A DNA stretch of 50,565 nt, the filler included, from Sphacelaria rigidula (taxonomy: Eukaryota), in the NCBI GenBank assembly GCA_964200075.2. It is 2 parts of 2 records of this genome, joined end to end, with 100 filler letters (N's around TTAATTAATTAA, not from the genome) between each part and the next. Parts side by side here need not be neighbours in the genome. Positions count along the whole stretch, not along the records: positions 25,345 to 50,565 come from CAXNAA020000172.1; 1 more part is not named here. One strand, written 5' to 3'. The position numbers and the translations under genes are program-made. How positions within the stretch are numbered: the first letter of the stretch is position 1; each line of letters starts with the position of its first letter. This document shows, one piece after another, positions 48,311 to 50,565 of this stretch. Under the pieces are notes generated by a model. The model saw only the letters and a list, made by a program, of their open reading frames with translations. It searched no databases and was not told the DNA's origin.

Positions 48311-48545
48311 CGATCTGGTCAGATATCAGATCGCACCCCCCCATTACCGGTTGTATCGTAGACGTACTTGAGCTGCTACGACACACCATCCGCATCCCTC
48401 AGCGATGCGGCGAGCGATGAGCTCACCTTGGCGAATTTCAGAACCCTAACACGATCTGGTCAAATATCAGATCGTAGTCTCCCCTCACCCTGGCGGAGTT
48501 AGATCCCCCAATCCGATCTGGTCAGATATTAGATCGTAGCTCCCT
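48311..48545. repeat. Three copies of a 23-bp interrupted palindrome CGATCTG-N9-CAGATCG
   Basis: cgatctggtcagatatcagatcg (48311), cgatctggtcaaatatcagatcg (48452), cgatctggtcagatattagatcg (48514). Confidence 0.85.
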
Positions 48546-50565
48546 CCCCCCCCCTCCCCTTTGCTGTATTGTAGCCCCTCAGAGGTTTTGGTACCGTGTT
48601 TCTTTGTGCTGGGTTCGCTTTCTTGGTGACTGCGTTTCTAGTACCCGCAGTCACATTTCTTGTCGCTGTCGCATCTCTGTCCGTGTCCCCTGTGCACCTA
48701 GTGTTTTTTTTTTTTCGAGCTTTTTTTACGCGATGAGAGCACTGTAGATTTAGTCCAGCCTCCCACATGTTTGAAATTGTGATGGTTCGTTCTCTGGATG
48801 TGTTTGTTGTTGTCACTGCTCAACCCCCTGCCGCCAGCCAAGAGAGCTCGCCGCACGGGAGTACTCCCTTACATCGTCTTGTTGCACGGGTCCTTGGTTA
48901 CACCGTGTACTGCTAAATATACCGCCCTGGTTGTAGGCCGTAGTTATGCCCGACGATTGTTATAGATTGAGGTGAGTTACTGCATTTCGACAATTCATCT
49001 GGATGTGTTCGTTTGTTTGCTTTACCCCTATCCCGTGACGCAGCCTGGTCAGCTGGCGACACGGGTATGTTCTCTTGTGTCGTTCCGTTGCTCGTGGTCC
49101 AGTGCTCCCCCGGGAATGATCAATTATACCGCCCTTGTTGTATGCTGTATTTCCGCCGGACGATTGCTTTGAGTTGGGTATTGCGCCCTGACGCATTGTC
49201 TTTTTTTTACTCCTAGTTTTTGATCACGACACGCGATAGTTGATCCGCCAGGCTGAACAAAACGTTCGCACCAGCGACCCTGGCTTCTTACCCTGAGTGT
49301 CATCTTGGATGGGCTCGTGCCCACTCTCGTAGAAGATTTAAATTCCGCACTTTAGGCACACAAAACCTGAACTTGAGCTGCATCACCGCTTTTATCTCCA
49401 TGTTGCTGCGTAGCCCCCCCCCTCCCATCGCATTGTTCTTCACGCTGCACGCCTTTTTCAAGGCAGGTTTGATCCTTCAAACATTCGCCACGGAAACGAG
49501 CGGGATACCACTCTCGCCACACGCGACGGATGTGTCAGGACGAGTCGGACGAAGGCGTGGAGCTCACTTGGATCTGCGTCCGACCAGAGCAGTTGCCGCA
49601 ATGCTATGCCGCGATTGCGTTTCGCCTCCCCTCTCCCCAGATTGTTTGGCATTCCATCCTTGTTCCGTTGGTAAATGAAGGCTGCGCGTGCGTACCATTT
49701 TATTGCTTTACTTTGTAGATGGACTTACGGGTGTGTTGTCTTGTTCAACATGGGTTGTGAGTGTCCCGTAGATCAACGTTTTCCTTCTTGTGTTTTGAAC
49801 GTTTGATTTGTCGGGTCGCAGCGATGCTCGCCCTTGAAAAGTGTGGGAGAATAATGATTTTTCTTCGCTTCATGCTTTGGTACGAGTGTAGTGTAGAAGA
49901 GCCCTTTCTCGTTAAATTCTCAAGTTCCTCGGCGCAGTTATATTGTGCCGAGGTGATGATGATTCAACTGCATAAAACAGAGGATTCTATAAAATGAGGT
50001 TCATCAATGAAATGAGGTTTGAAGACCCTAGCCGTTGAGTGACAAAAAGCCCTCAGGAGTACCGCACGACGCTGCTGATGTGCAATGTTTGGGAGGAGTA
50101 GGAAGTGCGTCCGTGGTTGCACATGTCGCCCATCCGTGGTTAGCTGCGGGCGACGGAGCATAACAACGTTTGGTTGATTGTCGACGATGGTTCCACTATT
50201 GTTTGTCTCGAGGCTCGTGTCCAGACAAAACTCTCGGGCGTCAGGTTGCTGTCAGTAAGGTCAGTAAGGTGCTGTCAGTGACGTGGTGGGGGGATATCAC
50301 TGCCAACGTCGTGATGAGCCGAGCGGATGATTGGGCGTCCCCTGTCCTGAAGAATTGACGGCCGATGCACAACGTGAATAATTTACTGCACGACTCAACC
50401 GTACTGCAAATACCCATCGAGCTTTCCAATCCGGTTCGAGCATATATGAGGCGGCAATGTCTCTGTCGAAAGAGAGATCGTGGGCATCCACCCCAAGATC
50501 GCTTCGTACGGTCCCGCCATACACACCATCGCAACACCGCATCATGCTACATGACAGCATCTCGA

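Overview
Eukaryotic, repeat-rich genomic DNA, most consistent with a brown alga (Ectocarpales-like stramenopile); this is inferred from the EsV-1-7 repeat gene, the intron style and the repeat types. It contains three supportable genes. (1) A minus-strand Gln-rich gene (about 565-2685). (2) Head-to-head with it, an 8-exon plus-strand gene (3430-21546, about 780 aa) for a coiled-coil protein resembling the outer-dynein-arm docking complex family (CCDC151/ODAD3, Chlamydomonas DC1/ODA10). Its first intron is about 13 kb, one intron is GC-AG, and all seven are phase 0. (3) An intronless gene (about 40552-42904) with 15 tandem 38-aa EsV-1-7 (C-X4-C-X16-C-X2-H) repeats plus a degenerate 16th. The rest is mostly mobile DNA: a decayed chromodomain-bearing Ty3/Gypsy integrase, a truncated RTE-type LINE, SINE/LINE tails, tRNA-derived heads and several palindromic MITEs. 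The best candidate for a novel system is the EsV-1-7 array. It has one hypervariable residue per repeat in a conserved scaffold, followed by NLS-like and SUMO-like motifs, which suggests a possible TALE-like modular recognition code (inference). All calls were made by eye with no database search.
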